This document shows positions 30,905 to 41,471 of a stretch of 64,000 nt of DNA, piece after piece. Within the stretch, counting starts at the first letter, position 1, and every line of letters starts with the position of its first letter. The translations under genes were made by a program, and so were the position numbers. This DNA is from Candidatus Endomicrobiellum glyptotermitis. Lineage in GTDB: Bacteria > Elusimicrobiota > Endomicrobiia > Endomicrobiales > Endomicrobiaceae. The stretch lies in NCBI GenBank assembly GCA_031267715.1, contig JAIRYQ010000001.1:30127-94126 (forward strand), given 5' to 3'. The notes beneath the pieces are model-generated. The model had not been told where the DNA came from, searched no databases, and saw nothing but the letters and a program-made list of their open reading frames with translations.

Positions 30905-31720
30905 ATGGATAATAAGATTGTTGTTGGAGTAAATCACTTTAAAAAATAAGGGAGGATACCGTAATCTTTATAGTTTACGTTTGTCAGCTGCTTAAAATTC
31001 ATGGATGTAGCGGGCTTCCTTGGCGATTCTTTAGATTTGAGTAGAAAAACTGTTCAAAGTTTTTAGAAGCGGACATATAATTGTCCTTTTTTTGTGGAGT
31101 TTATCTTATGACATAACTTGCATCAATACTAAACCCTAACAAGAGAATTCTAATTCCAGATATAAACGCCGATTATCCTATAGCGGATATGATTTAATAA
31201 TAACTATTAAAAGGTTGAGAGTTATATATACTTTTGTGCATCGTCAAGTTCGGTATATATTGTAAAAAGTATTAAGAGCGATGGGGAAAACAATTTTTTG
31301 TCCCCCGATAGAAATTTGTGTAGAAATGTTCAAAAAAATCGGGTAGAAAACCAAGAATATGGAATAGATTTTTGCCCTACGCACAATAATTTTGTTTTAC
31401 CAGACTGTTGAAGATTGTAAGCAAAGGGTTAAAGTCGCTGGAGGTGAAGTGGTACTTTGTAAGCAAAAAAAATCAAGGCAGTGATAAACTGCATACTACT
31501 TAATAAATTAAGAGTTATTAACCCAAAGATAAAAAAGAGAGTCTGCATTAATAAATTTGCGTTACTTGGTGTGAGTGAGATGCGATTTTTAGTTAGGGAT
31601 TGGGTGCTTTATCAATGAGATAAGATAAAAATGCTGAACTAAAAATATAGCTAAAAGTGAACTAGAGCTCGCAAAAATAAATTTGTTGTATTTGTAAAAT
31701 GGATCTCACTATAACGTCCT
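30905..31720 (+). pseudogene. nadA: Quinolinate synthase pseudogene; boundaries approximate
   Basis: Fragments DVAGFLGDSLDLSRKT (about 31004), FCGVY, ASILNPNKRILIPDINADYPIADMI* (31120-31197), PDRNL and FCPTHN (about 31370) match NadA in order. Many stops and frameshifts. Confidence 0.85.
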
Positions 31721-32062
31721 TTTATACTCTTCTATTAGCCTTTTTTAAAAGTCTATTGGTTTTTTTGTGTAAAAGCTATGAAAGAAAAGTACAGAGAAAG
31801 TATTATTGGCAACGGTGCTTTGTTTAAAATAGTTGACATGAAGATAAAACTTTTGTTAACCATATTTTTACAGGATTGAAGTAAATAGATGAGAATTCAA
31901 TAAGTCTAAACATGGACGTAAGGTAAGGATTAAGTCTCTATAAATTGAATAAGGGAGTGTTGTAATTTCTTGTAAAGTTTATGTATATACGTTGTTACAT
32001 GTAGTGAGCAGTGCAAAAAAATGTTTTCCTTAGGTTTAACTAACAAGTTTTTTATAAATACT

Positions 32063-34468
32063 TTATGATTTTTCTTGTAAAGTTTTTATATATGAAGCTG
32101 CTTCCATAGCGTCTTTAGCATAGGCGTCCGCCCTGATTTCTTTTGCAAACTTTTCTGTAACTGCAGCACCACCTATAATAACCCTTGCTGAAATATGACT
32201 CATATCCCTTAATTTTATAACAGTTTCCATTTCAGGCATTGTTGTTGTCATAAGAGCTGAGAGGCCAATTGCTATGGGATTAATTTCATTAGCTTTTTCT
32301 ATTATTGCCTGAGAATTAACATTTATGCCCATATCTACAACATCAAAACCGTAACTTTCAAGTACAGCTCCCACTATATTTTTGCCTATATCGTGCATAT
32401 CACCTTTAACTGTGGCCATTATAATTTTTCCAATAGAAGAAGTTTCTTCTTTTTTTAAATTGGTTTTTATTATGCCGAAAGCTGCCTGAGCGGCTTGTGC
32501 GGACATAATTATCTGCGGTAAAAAGTATTCTTTTGCAGCAAACTTTTCTCCCACGATATTCAAGGCTTTCAAAACGTTGTCATTTACTATTTTAAAAGGC
32601 TTGTCGTAAGATTCAATGATTTTATCTAGTATATCAACCACAGGTTCTTTATTTCCATTTAAGACCGAGAGATAGAGTTGGTCTTCTAAAGAGAGAGTTT
32701 TTGTTTTGGTTTTTGGAGATTGCTTTGTAAAGGAACTAAAAGCTTCCATATATTTCATCGCGCCTTTATCCTTGTTTTTAAGCAAGTTTTTGGCTAAAGG
32801 GTTGTCAATATTCCATTTTGCGTATGGATTAACAATTGCAAAATCAAGTCCGGCATCCACGGCCATTTTTAAGAAAGTTGAGTTAATTGTTTGTCTTGAA
32901 GGAAGACCAAAAGATACGTTTGAGATTCCTAAAACGAGCTTGCACTCCGGATATATTTTTTTTGATTCTTCCATTGCTTTTAACGTTTCTTGTATTTGGT
33001 CTGGTGAAGAGCTTACTGATAAAACAAGGTAATCAAAAATAATGTTTTTTCTTTCAAAATTGTAGCTATCTGCAAAACCTAGAATCTTTTTTGCTATATT
33101 TAATCTTTCTTGTGCTGTTTTAGGTATTCCGTTATCGTCCGTTGTTAGTGCGATAAGCGCTGTACCGTAGCGTTTTGCGATGGGCAGTACAGCGTCGAGT
33201 TTTGCTTGCTCACCATTTACGGAATTTATAATAGGTCTTCCAACACAGTTTTTAACCCCTTGTTCTAGAGCGCTGGTATCGCTTGAATCTATACATAAGG
33301 GAACTGAAACTATTTCCTGTAATTGATTCACGGCGTTTGCAAGAAGTTTTACTTCATCAACCCCAGAAACACCCATATTCACGTCTAATAAATTCGCGCC
33401 AGAACGGACTTGTAAACGTGCTTCGTCTTTTATGGTTGATAAATTGTTTTTAGCCAATTCATCCTGGAACTTTTTTCTATTAGTTGGATTTATCCTTTCA
33501 CCGATAAAGACAGGTCTTTTAATTTCATTTACATCTATGGCTTTTGTTCTTGTTGAAAGGAAGTATTTGTTTTTTGTTTTGCGTGTTTTTGGAGTTTTGT
33601 TTTTGAGTTTGTTAGATAAAGATTTTATAAATTCGGGAGTTGTTCCGCAGCAACCACCAAGCATGTTAGCGCCATAAGAGCAGGCTTTTAAACTTGCTTC
33701 TACAAATTCTTCTTTTGTTTCTAAAAATATTGTCTCATGGTTAATTAATTCTGGAATTCCGGCATTAGGCTTAAAAGATACAGGTAGATTTGTGTTCTCA
33801 CATAAATCTTTTGCGAGTTTTGCTAGATCATTAGAGCCTATAGAACAGTTTAGTCCAATTGCATCAACACCTAAGCTTTCTGCCATTGCGATAAAACTTT
33901 TTAAATCTGTACCAGTAACCGATGTACCATCTGCAGAAAATGTCATAGTGACGATAATTGCACCTTCAAAGTTGTCTTTTGCTGCGAGAATTGCTGCTTT
34001 AGTTTCTTTTATTTCAGTCATTGTTTCAATAATTATAATATCTGCTCTGTATTTTTGTAGAAGAAATGACTGTAATGCGAAAGCTTTATAAGCATCATCA
34101 AAGGATAGTGTGCCTAACGGTTCAATATATTCACCAGTTGAAGATACGTCGCCAGCGATAATAATATGCGGAGAGATTTTTCTTATTAAATCAATTCCAG
34201 ATTTTATTATATCTTCGGCTTTATCTAAAAGGTTGTGTTGCTGCAGAGTTATTGGGTTTGCCCCAAATGTGTTTGTGAGAACTATGTCTGCCCCAGCATT
34301 TATGTAAGAGGAATAAATTTCAGAAACTCTTTCTGGAAACTTAATATTTAACTCTTCGGGGATTGTAACGTCGTCAAGATATTTTTTCTTTTGCAATTCC
34401 GTTCCCATTGCTCCACTCATAATTAAAACCTGGTGTTTAAGTGTGTTTAAGAAGTCCGATTTATTCAT
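32063..34468 (-). CDS. metH: Cobalamin-dependent methionine synthase (Hcy-, folate- and B12-binding domains; no activation domain)
   Basis: GAMGTELQ, TNTFGA, GLNCS, GGCCGTTP, IGERINPT, DMHDIGKNIV and GLSALMTTT. Confidence 0.92.
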   Translation of the reverse strand: MNKSDFLNTLKHQVLIMSGAMGTELQKKKYLDDVTIPEELNIKFPERVSEIYSSYINAGADIVLTNTFGANPITLQQHNLLDKAEDIIKSGIDLIRKISPHIIIAGDVSSTGEYIEPLGTLSFDDAYKAFALQSFLLQKYRADIIIIETMTEIKETKAAILAAKDNFEGAIIVTMTFSADGTSVTGTDLKSFIAMAESLGVDAIGLNCSIGSNDLAKLAKDLCENTNLPVSFKPNAGIPELINHETIFLETKEEFVEASLKACSYGANMLGGCCGTTPEFIKSLSNKLKNKTPKTRKTKNKYFLSTRTKAIDVNEIKRPVFIGERINPTNRKKFQDELAKNNLSTIKDEARLQVRSGANLLDVNMGVSGVDEVKLLANAVNQLQEIVSVPLCIDSSDTSALEQGVKNCVGRPIINSVNGEQAKLDAVLPIAKRYGTALIALTTDDNGIPKTAQERLNIAKKILGFADSYNFERKNIIFDYLVLSVSSSPDQIQETLKAMEESKKIYPECKLVLGISNVSFGLPSRQTINSTFLKMAVDAGLDFAIVNPYAKWNIDNPLAKNLLKNKDKGAMKYMEAFSSFTKQSPKTKTKTLSLEDQLYLSVLNGNKEPVVDILDKIIESYDKPFKIVNDNVLKALNIVGEKFAAKEYFLPQIIMSAQAAQAAFGIIKTNLKKEETSSIGKIIMATVKGDMHDIGKNIVGAVLESYGFDVVDMGINVNSQAIIEKANEINPIAIGLSALMTTTMPEMETVIKLRDMSHISARVIIGGAAVTEKFAKEIRADAYAKDAMEAASYIKTLQEKS

Positions 34469-34793
34469 TTAACATCCTAATTTGCACACATCCATCACTT
34501 TCTGATTTAGAGGCGCAAGATTTTTACTAAAAAAATAATTTTTAGAAGCAAGTTACTGCTTAAACAAATTCAAATTGTATTTTGTTTGACTACTTTCGCT
34601 TCCAACAAAATACACATATTTTTTTACGGAGTCCCCCCCCCATGTCATAAAATATTCATCATTTCTTATGTTATTTAGGGTCATCTTTTTACTCAGACGT
34701 GAAAAAACAAATTTCTTTTTTGCTTCTATACTCATTCATAATTTGCTTGCAGGAGATTTTTTGCCTATTATTGTTGTTTTCGAATTGTCCATC

Positions 34794-35402
34794 TCAGAAG
34801 TTATTTTTTTTGATTCCTACCAAAGCTGAAACAGATTTCTCGGGTTTCATATAATAGAATTTATTTAAAGTGATTCCTATATGCGTTGTACCAATCCAGT
34901 TTAAGAATTGTTTATTGGCCTCAAGTGACCAATCGCCGTAACCCGGAGAGTATCTCCTTGTCAATACGTTGTCATTCTTCTCTTCATAAGCCTTAATTTG
35001 TGCGTTCGCAAGAGTTATAGCCTCTTCTGTAGCCACAGAGCCTGCTGCGTCCAATATTAGTGCGTTAAAAATCTCTCTTTTTTTTAAACAGTCATCTCTT
35101 TTTTTTTCCAATGCATTACCTATAGTTACAACAATTCCATATGCTTTGAAACAGTTCTCAAAAAGTGTTGCGACATTATTGCTTTTAATCTTATATCCAT
35201 TCTCAAATGAGATCAAGTCTCCACGCAACGTCACATTCTCAACCGCAATTACCGATTTAGGCTTAATGAGTTTTTGAGCCAAGTTTAAGTTTTCTTTTAT
35301 TGAGTTGATGATTTTTACGTCAAGACTTGTTTTATTGTGTGAGTATCCCAGTCTTGCAAGCAATTCGCTATAAGGTATTTCTACGCTTGAAACATTTACC
35401 AT
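34794..35402 (-). CDS. Stand-alone methionine synthase SAM-binding activation domain
   Basis: LDAAGS, RRYSPGYGDW and MKPEKSVSALVG. Lies upstream of metH. Confidence 0.85.
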   Translation of the reverse strand: MVNVSSVEIPYSELLARLGYSHNKTSLDVKIINSIKENLNLAQKLIKPKSVIAVENVTLRGDLISFENGYKIKSNNVATLFENCFKAYGIVVTIGNALEKKRDDCLKKREIFNALILDAAGSVATEEAITLANAQIKAYEEKNDNVLTRRYSPGYGDWSLEANKQFLNWIGTTHIGITLNKFYYMKPEKSVSALVGIKKNNF

Positions 35403-35798
35403 AATCCGGCATTCTACAAAAATTATTTACACAAGTAAAAATTACTCAATAGAAAAACATATTATAACAAATAAAAATGCAAACACGAAGCAAAGAGTTT
35501 CTTAAGCGATTAAACTGATTTGGTTCAAATAGACAGGGCCACTAAAGATTTTTTATCACATAGTCTAAAAAATATAAAACAGGCTAGCTTATGAGAATAA
35601 AAGAAAATTTAAAAGCTAGAGCCATAGCGTCTTTAAACTTATTTCTAGATCGCAATAGTATGTTTATGTGATGCCACTGAGAAGTAACAAATCTATAAGT
35701 TGCACTTTTTTTGACTATCTCGATGTCTTTTTTACGAAATCCTCATATACATATTTATTTAACTAATTTCATTATTTCAAATTATCCTTTTTCTTTAA

Positions 35799-35828
35799 TT
35801 GACAGCTGAAATTGTCTTTTTATACAAT
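35799..35828 (+). promoter_or_regulatory. Putative sigma70 promoter of the LPS/PTS cluster
   Basis: TTGACA (35799-35804), an 18-nt spacer, then TACAAT (35823-35828). ATG at 35856. Confidence 0.6.
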
Positions 35829-35855
35829 AAAGGCTTAAACGTAAAAGAGATTTTA

Positions 35856-36818
35856 ATGATAATATTAACCGGCGGCGCGGGGTTTATAGGTAGTTGCTTT
35901 CTGTGGAAATTAAACCTGGAGGGCATAGAAGATGTTTTGGTTGTTGATCATCTTGAAAATGATAAAAAGTGGAAAAATTTAACAGGCAAAACTTATTATG
36001 ATTATATGCAAAAAGACGATTTTTTGGACAGTGTAATAATGAGAAAAATGCCAAAACCACAAATTATTGTGCATCTTGGAGCATGTAGTTCTACTACTAT
36101 TACTGATGCGAGTTATTACATAAAAAATAATTATGATTATTCTAAAATTCTTGCCTTATGGGCTTTTGAATTGGGAGTTCCTTTCATTTACGCTTCATCT
36201 GCCGCAACTTATGGGAGAGGTGAATACGGTTACGATGACGATATATCAAAAATGAAGAAGCTGTTGCCTTTAAATATATACGGTTTTTCAAAACATATGT
36301 TTGACTTGTGGCTTTTGAATAATAATCATCTTAATAACGTTACTGGTATAAAATTTTTTAATGTTTTTGGCCCTAATGAATATCATAAAGGTGATATGCG
36401 CAGTGTGATTTGTAAAAATTACAGCGCTGTATTTGATGATGGACTTATTAAGTTATTTAAATCTTACGATAAAAATTGGGCAAATGGGGAACAAGCTAGG
36501 GATTTTGTATATATTAAAGATGTTGTAGATGTTATGTATTTTCTACTTATGAACCCTTCAAAAACTGGTATTTTTAATCTAGGTTCTGGAAAATCTAGAA
36601 CATGGAATGACGTGGCCGAATCTATGTTTGCAGTTGCTGGTAAGAGGAGAAACGTAGAATATATTGAAATGCCTGATTGTCTAAAACTTAAATACCAGTA
36701 TTTTACGCAGGCGAGGATAGATAGACTTATGGATGCAGGGTATACCAATCCTTTTATGAAACTTGAAGATTCCATTAAAGATTATTGTGCTTATTTGAAA
36801 GATAAATCTTATTTGTAG
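35856..36818 (+). CDS. rfaD: ADP-L-glycero-D-manno-heptose 6-epimerase
   Basis: MIILTGGAGFIGS, YASSAATYG, YGFSK and FNVFGPNEYHKG. Confidence 0.95.
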   Translation: MIILTGGAGFIGSCFLWKLNLEGIEDVLVVDHLENDKKWKNLTGKTYYDYMQKDDFLDSVIMRKMPKPQIIVHLGACSSTTITDASYYIKNNYDYSKILALWAFELGVPFIYASSAATYGRGEYGYDDDISKMKKLLPLNIYGFSKHMFDLWLLNNNHLNNVTGIKFFNVFGPNEYHKGDMRSVICKNYSAVFDDGLIKLFKSYDKNWANGEQARDFVYIKDVVDVMYFLLMNPSKTGIFNLGSGKSRTWNDVAESMFAVAGKRRNVEYIEMPDCLKLKYQYFTQARIDRLMDAGYTNPFMKLEDSIKDYCAYLKDKSYL

Positions 36819-36836
36819 ATAAATTGTAATGTTGAG

Positions 36837-37829
36837 ATGAGACAAACAGAGCTTTTAAAATTCGTGTCCTTATTCAAAAAACAGGCTATCCTAGTTGTGG
36901 GTGATGTGATGATCGACAGGTTTGTTTGGGGGAGAATAAGAAGAATTTCCCCAGAAGCTCCTGTCCCAATTGTAGAGATTACAGAAGAGACTGAGAGTCT
37001 TGGCGGAGCTGCCAATGTTGCAAATAATACAACTACCTTGGGAGGAAAAGCGCTTATTGTAAGTGTGGTGGGTAAGGACTTTACTGGAAATTTGTTGATT
37101 AAAATGCTTTTAAAAGAAGGGATAAGTCCAGACTATTTGGTTTATGATTCTCAAAGGCCGACAATTTTAAAAACAAGGATCATAGCCGCAAGTCAGCAAG
37201 TTGTGAGAATAGATAATGAGAGAAAAGGGGTTTTTGATTCTAAAATTGAATCTAAAATTATAGAAAATATAGAAAAACTTATAACTAAAGTGAATGCTGT
37301 GGTGATTTCTGATTATGGCAAAGGGGTTATAAGTCCAAAAGTTCTTAAGAGGACAATTTATCTTGCTCGGAAACATGAAATTTGTATTACAGTGGATCCT
37401 AAAATATGCAATTTTAGGAAATATAAAAAAGTTACGTTAATAACTCCAAACGAAAATGAGGCTATTGAAGGAATAAATACAAAAAATGTAAAAACAGATA
37501 AAGATATGGCCATGCTTGGAGTAAAAATTCTTGAAACTTTAAATTCAGAAGCAGTTCTTATTACGCGTAGTGAAAAGGGCATGATGCTTATTCAGTCTAA
37601 AAATAGAATAACAAGTATCCCCACGAGAGCAAAAGAAGTTTTTGATGTTACCGGAGCTGGCGATACTGTTATATCTGTGATGACTTTAGCATTAGCTGCA
37701 AAAGTGGATTTGATAGATTCTGCTGAGATTGCAAATTTTGCTGCTGGAGTAGTTATTGGCAAACTTGGAACTGCGACAATAAATCAGCACGAATTAAGAA
37801 AAACGATAATAGATTTCTATAAAAAATGA
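36837..37829 (+). CDS. rfaE1: D-glycero-D-manno-heptose-7-phosphate kinase
   Basis: VGDVMIDR, RISPEAPVP, SDYGKG and DVTGAGDT. Confidence 0.92.
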   Translation: MRQTELLKFVSLFKKQAILVVGDVMIDRFVWGRIRRISPEAPVPIVEITEETESLGGAANVANNTTTLGGKALIVSVVGKDFTGNLLIKMLLKEGISPDYLVYDSQRPTILKTRIIAASQQVVRIDNERKGVFDSKIESKIIENIEKLITKVNAVVISDYGKGVISPKVLKRTIYLARKHEICITVDPKICNFRKYKKVTLITPNENEAIEGINTKNVKTDKDMAMLGVKILETLNSEAVLITRSEKGMMLIQSKNRITSIPTRAKEVFDVTGAGDTVISVMTLALAAKVDLIDSAEIANFAAGVVIGKLGTATINQHELRKTIIDFYKK

Positions 37830-38551
37830 AAGCTGCTGTAATTATACCATCAAGATATGGATCAAGTAGATTTCTCGGTAAGCCCTTGGTTTTAATAAAA
37901 GGTAAACCTCTTATACAGCATACCCTAGAGCGTGTTAAAAAATGTAAGAAAGTTGATTTTATGGCAGTTGCAACTGATGACAAACGTATCTACAATGTTG
38001 TTAGAAAGCTGGGATTCAGTGTGTTTATGACACCTAAAACGTGTAGAAGCGGTACGGATAGAGTAGCTTTTTTTGCAGCTTCAAAGTTTCTGAAGGATTG
38101 TGATGTCTTTATTAATGTACAAGGTGACGAGCCTTTGATAGATACTAAACTTATAGACAAGTTGGCAGTCTTACTTAAAAAAAATAAGTCTCTTGAGTAT
38201 GTGACGGCTGTTTTTCCAATAGTCAAAAAAGAAATTATAGAAAATCCTAATAATGTTAAAGTTGTTTTTGATAAATACGGATATGCGCTGTATTTTTCAA
38301 GGTTCGCAATACCATACAATAGAGATAATGCGAATGTTAGGTATTACAAACATATTGGAGTATATGGATACAAGAAAAAATTTTTATTAGATTTTTCAAA
38401 GGATAATGTGTCATTTTTAGAAAAAGCCGAAAATCTTGAACAGTTAAGAGCTTTAGAGGGAGGGAAAAGAATAAAAGTTGTTATGGCAAGCTGCGATTCT
38501 ATAGGGGTTGACACGCCCGAGGATATTTTAAAAATTGAGAAATATCTATAA
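37826..38551 (+). CDS. kdsB: 3-deoxy-manno-octulosonate cytidylyltransferase
   Basis: IPSRYGSSRFLGKPL, SGTDR, NVQGDEP and LEQLRALE. Confidence 0.96.
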   Translation: MKAAVIIPSRYGSSRFLGKPLVLIKGKPLIQHTLERVKKCKKVDFMAVATDDKRIYNVVRKLGFSVFMTPKTCRSGTDRVAFFAASKFLKDCDVFINVQGDEPLIDTKLIDKLAVLLKKNKSLEYVTAVFPIVKKEIIENPNNVKVVFDKYGYALYFSRFAIPYNRDNANVRYYKHIGVYGYKKKFLLDFSKDNVSFLEKAENLEQLRALEGGKRIKVVMASCDSIGVDTPEDILKIEKYL

Positions 38552-38658
38552 CTGTTTTAGAGCTTATGCTTTACAAATATGTTGTAATGTGGTTTGTTCT
38601 TTTAAATGAGCTCCTATATTATATATTTATTGCTTTATAATAAAAAAATGAATTAAAA

Positions 38659-39519
38659 ATGTGTAATAAACAAGTAAAAGTTGGAGAAGATAAAGGTATT
38701 ACACTCTCGAATAGCGGGCCTGTTGTTGTTATAGCGGGGCCATGTGTAATTGAGAGTGAAAAACATGCTTTGGGCTTGGCTTTAAGTTTGAAGAAAATAA
38801 CATCGGAGCTTGGGATTCCTTTCATTTTTAAAACTTCTTATGATAAAGCGAACCGTTCGTTGGATTGTTCTTATAGGGGCCCAGGTATTGAAAAAGGACT
38901 TGAGATTCTCGCTAAAATTAAAAGAGAATTAAATTTGACCGTTATTACAGATGTTCACACTGAAATTCAGGTTCCGAAAGCTGCGCGAATTGTAGATTTA
39001 CTTCAGGTTCCTGCGTTTTTGTCTCGCCAAACGGATTTGATAAAAGCGTGTGTCCTTACAGGTAAACCCGTCAATATTAAAAAGGGTCAATTTTTATCTC
39101 CTGACGATATGTTTAATGTGGTTAAAAAAGTTGAGAATTGCGGTGGTGAGAATTTATTGCTTACCGAAAGGGGAGTTTCTTTTGGATATCATAATCTTGT
39201 GGTAGACTTCAGAGGGGTAGAAATAATGAAACAAACAGGTTATCCTGTTGTTTTTGACGCTACACATAGTGTTCAGCTACCTGGTAGTCGTGGAGCATGT
39301 AGTGGTGGAAACAGGGAATTTGTTTTGCCTCTTTCAAAAGCAGCTACAGCACTTGGAATTGCTGCGTTGTTTTTGGAGGTTCATGACAATCCTGGCGAAG
39401 CGACTTCAGATGGAGCAAGTAGTGTCAACTTAGAATATTTTAAACAAATACTTGAATACATAAAAATTATAGATAGGTCAGTAAAAGAATATAATATAAT
39501 AAAGAATGCTGTGTTGTGA
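38659..39519 (+). CDS. kdsA: KDO8P synthase
   Basis: IAGPCVIE, YDKANRS, PAFLSRQTD, KKGQF and DATHSVQ. Confidence 0.96.
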   Translation: MCNKQVKVGEDKGITLSNSGPVVVIAGPCVIESEKHALGLALSLKKITSELGIPFIFKTSYDKANRSLDCSYRGPGIEKGLEILAKIKRELNLTVITDVHTEIQVPKAARIVDLLQVPAFLSRQTDLIKACVLTGKPVNIKKGQFLSPDDMFNVVKKVENCGGENLLLTERGVSFGYHNLVVDFRGVEIMKQTGYPVVFDATHSVQLPGSRGACSGGNREFVLPLSKAATALGIAALFLEVHDNPGEATSDGASSVNLEYFKQILEYIKIIDRSVKEYNIIKNAVL

Positions 39520-39579
39520 AGTTTTAAAAAGATGTTTTTAAGCGATATCATTGTGTTGTTTAAAAGGTATGGTAGATGA

Positions 39580-40122
39580 ATGATTAAAATTGAAAAGGAT
39601 ATCATAGAGAAAGCAGAAAAAATTAGGCTTTTAGCTTGTGATGTGGATGGTGTTTTAACGCATGGTGAAATAATAGTTTTAAATAACTGTGAAGAAATAA
39701 AAGTATGGAACGTAAAAGATGGAATGGGGTATAATGAGCTTTTTAAAATTCGTCCTAGAATTAAGACTGCGTGGATAACTGGTGGACGGTCTTTCCAAGT
39801 TGAAAAGCGTGCAAAGGATATGAGTATTGATTATCTTGTTCAAGGTTGTATGAATAAAGTGCTGGCTTTAAAAAGGATATTAAAAAAAAATGGTTTAAAT
39901 GCCTCTGAAGTGGCATATGTTGGTGATGATATAGTGGATATATCTGTACTGAAAGTTGTAGGGCTGTCAATATGTCCAATGAACGCTTGTGAAGAAGTAA
40001 AAAAGCATGTTGATCGTGTTTCAGCTTTTAATGGTGGTGAAGGTGTTGTTAGGGAAGTGATAGAACTTATTATGAAAGCTAAAGGTGAATGGGAAAAAAC
40101 TCTGAGTAGTTATGAACAATGA
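39580..40122 (+). CDS. kdsC: KDO8P phosphatase
   Basis: DVDGVLT HAD motif, GDDIVD and GGEGVVREV. Confidence 0.93.
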   Translation: MIKIEKDIIEKAEKIRLLACDVDGVLTHGEIIVLNNCEEIKVWNVKDGMGYNELFKIRPRIKTAWITGGRSFQVEKRAKDMSIDYLVQGCMNKVLALKRILKKNGLNASEVAYVGDDIVDISVLKVVGLSICPMNACEEVKKHVDRVSAFNGGEGVVREVIELIMKAKGEWEKTLSSYEQ

Positions 40123-40246
40123 ATTAAATTTGTATTAGAGTATTGGGATTTGTCTATTTATTGCTGAGATGAGCATTTATTTTAAAGGCGTAATTTTGTA
40201 AAAAATAAAAGACAAATTTGTTTTTTATTTTGAAGCTCGGAGAGGT

Positions 40247-40768
40247 ATGTTTTGTAGGAGTTCCATTATATTATTAGTAGTAATAGTGTTTCCTGTTTTT
40301 TTCCTCACAAGCTGTAAGTCTGAGGGAGTTATCGTTGAAGAAACGCCGTCTAGTTATGATCAAAAGGTGGAAAAATTTACAGCAACTAGAGTGCATAGAG
40401 GGAAAATTAATATGACTTTGGAATGTGAATCTGCTGTTATAGATAGTAAAAATATTGCTAATTTAGGCCATGCTGTAATGAAGTTTTATGATGGGGGTAA
40501 TTGTGTTTTAAATCTAATTTCTGAAGGTGTTAGAGTAAACATGGAAACATGCGATGTTGAATGCATTGGTAAGTGTGTTATAAATACCACAAACAACGAA
40601 AATTTGCAAACTGCAAATTTGATATATAATGCCAAAAACAAATTGATTTATAGCAATAATGATATTAAATTTACAAAACCTAACGAAACAGTATATGGTA
40701 CAGGTTTTGAGTCAGATATAATGTTAAGCAATATCGTTATTAAAAACCAGAGAATTATAATTGATTAA
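40247..40768 (+). CDS. lptC: LPS export protein LptC
   Basis: Lipobox-like LTSC and beta-jellyroll-like sequence (VYGTGFESD). Position between kdsC and lptA/lptB. Confidence 0.75.
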   Translation: MFCRSSIILLVVIVFPVFFLTSCKSEGVIVEETPSSYDQKVEKFTATRVHRGKINMTLECESAVIDSKNIANLGHAVMKFYDGGNCVLNLISEGVRVNMETCDVECIGKCVINTTNNENLQTANLIYNAKNKLIYSNNDIKFTKPNETVYGTGFESDIMLSNIVIKNQRIIID

Positions 40769-41471
40769 GCTAAGTAGAGTATTTTCTATTACTCTTTTTA
40801 TATGCGGGATTGTCATCTTTTGTTTTGTTGATTCTGCCTTGGGTAAAGTTGTTATAACGGGAGAGAAGATGGAAATAAAAGATAACGGAGAAATTACAGT
40901 TTTAAAAGGAAATTTAAAAGTTACTAGCGATTGGAGTACAATAACGGCTAGAAACATAACTTATAATAGGGGCAAATCTGTTATTTCGGCTTATGGCGAT
41001 GTTAATTTTTTGTTGAATTTGAAAGACAATGAGATGATTGAAGGTTGTGGAAATTTTGCACATTACGATATGAATAAAAAAAAGGGAAAAATCTGGGGGG
41101 ATACCACGTTAAAATTAAAGTATTTTATGAATAATTTAAGTTCACCCATGCCTACTATTTTATGCGCTCAAGAAGTTTATATTGACGATAATCTGAAAAC
41201 CTTGAATGCTTACGATGATGTTGAGGTTATAACTTCTTACGGTACGATTTACTCAGATAATGCTATTTTTTCTAAAAAAGAGCATTATGCAGTTTTTAGA
41301 AAAGATAAAAAAAGGCCAGTGGCTAATATTTTTCACGACGGAATAAAAGGTGTTTGTGAGGCGGATAAGATGGTTTTTTATGGTTCATCTGCATCTGATA
41401 AAAAAGGAGTAGCCATGTACGGTCTAGTTGAAGTAAAGATTGAAATGAAAGATAAGAAAAGTGATGCTTAG
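40761..41471 (+). CDS. lptA: LptA/OstA-like periplasmic protein
   Basis: Signal peptide, ITGEKMEI...GNLKV and AYGDV beta repeats. Lies between lptC and lptB. Confidence 0.65.
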   Translation: MIKLSRVFSITLFICGIVIFCFVDSALGKVVITGEKMEIKDNGEITVLKGNLKVTSDWSTITARNITYNRGKSVISAYGDVNFLLNLKDNEMIEGCGNFAHYDMNKKKGKIWGDTTLKLKYFMNNLSSPMPTILCAQEVYIDDNLKTLNAYDDVEVITSYGTIYSDNAIFSKKEHYAVFRKDKKRPVANIFHDGIKGVCEADKMVFYGSSASDKKGVAMYGLVEVKIEMKDKKSDA

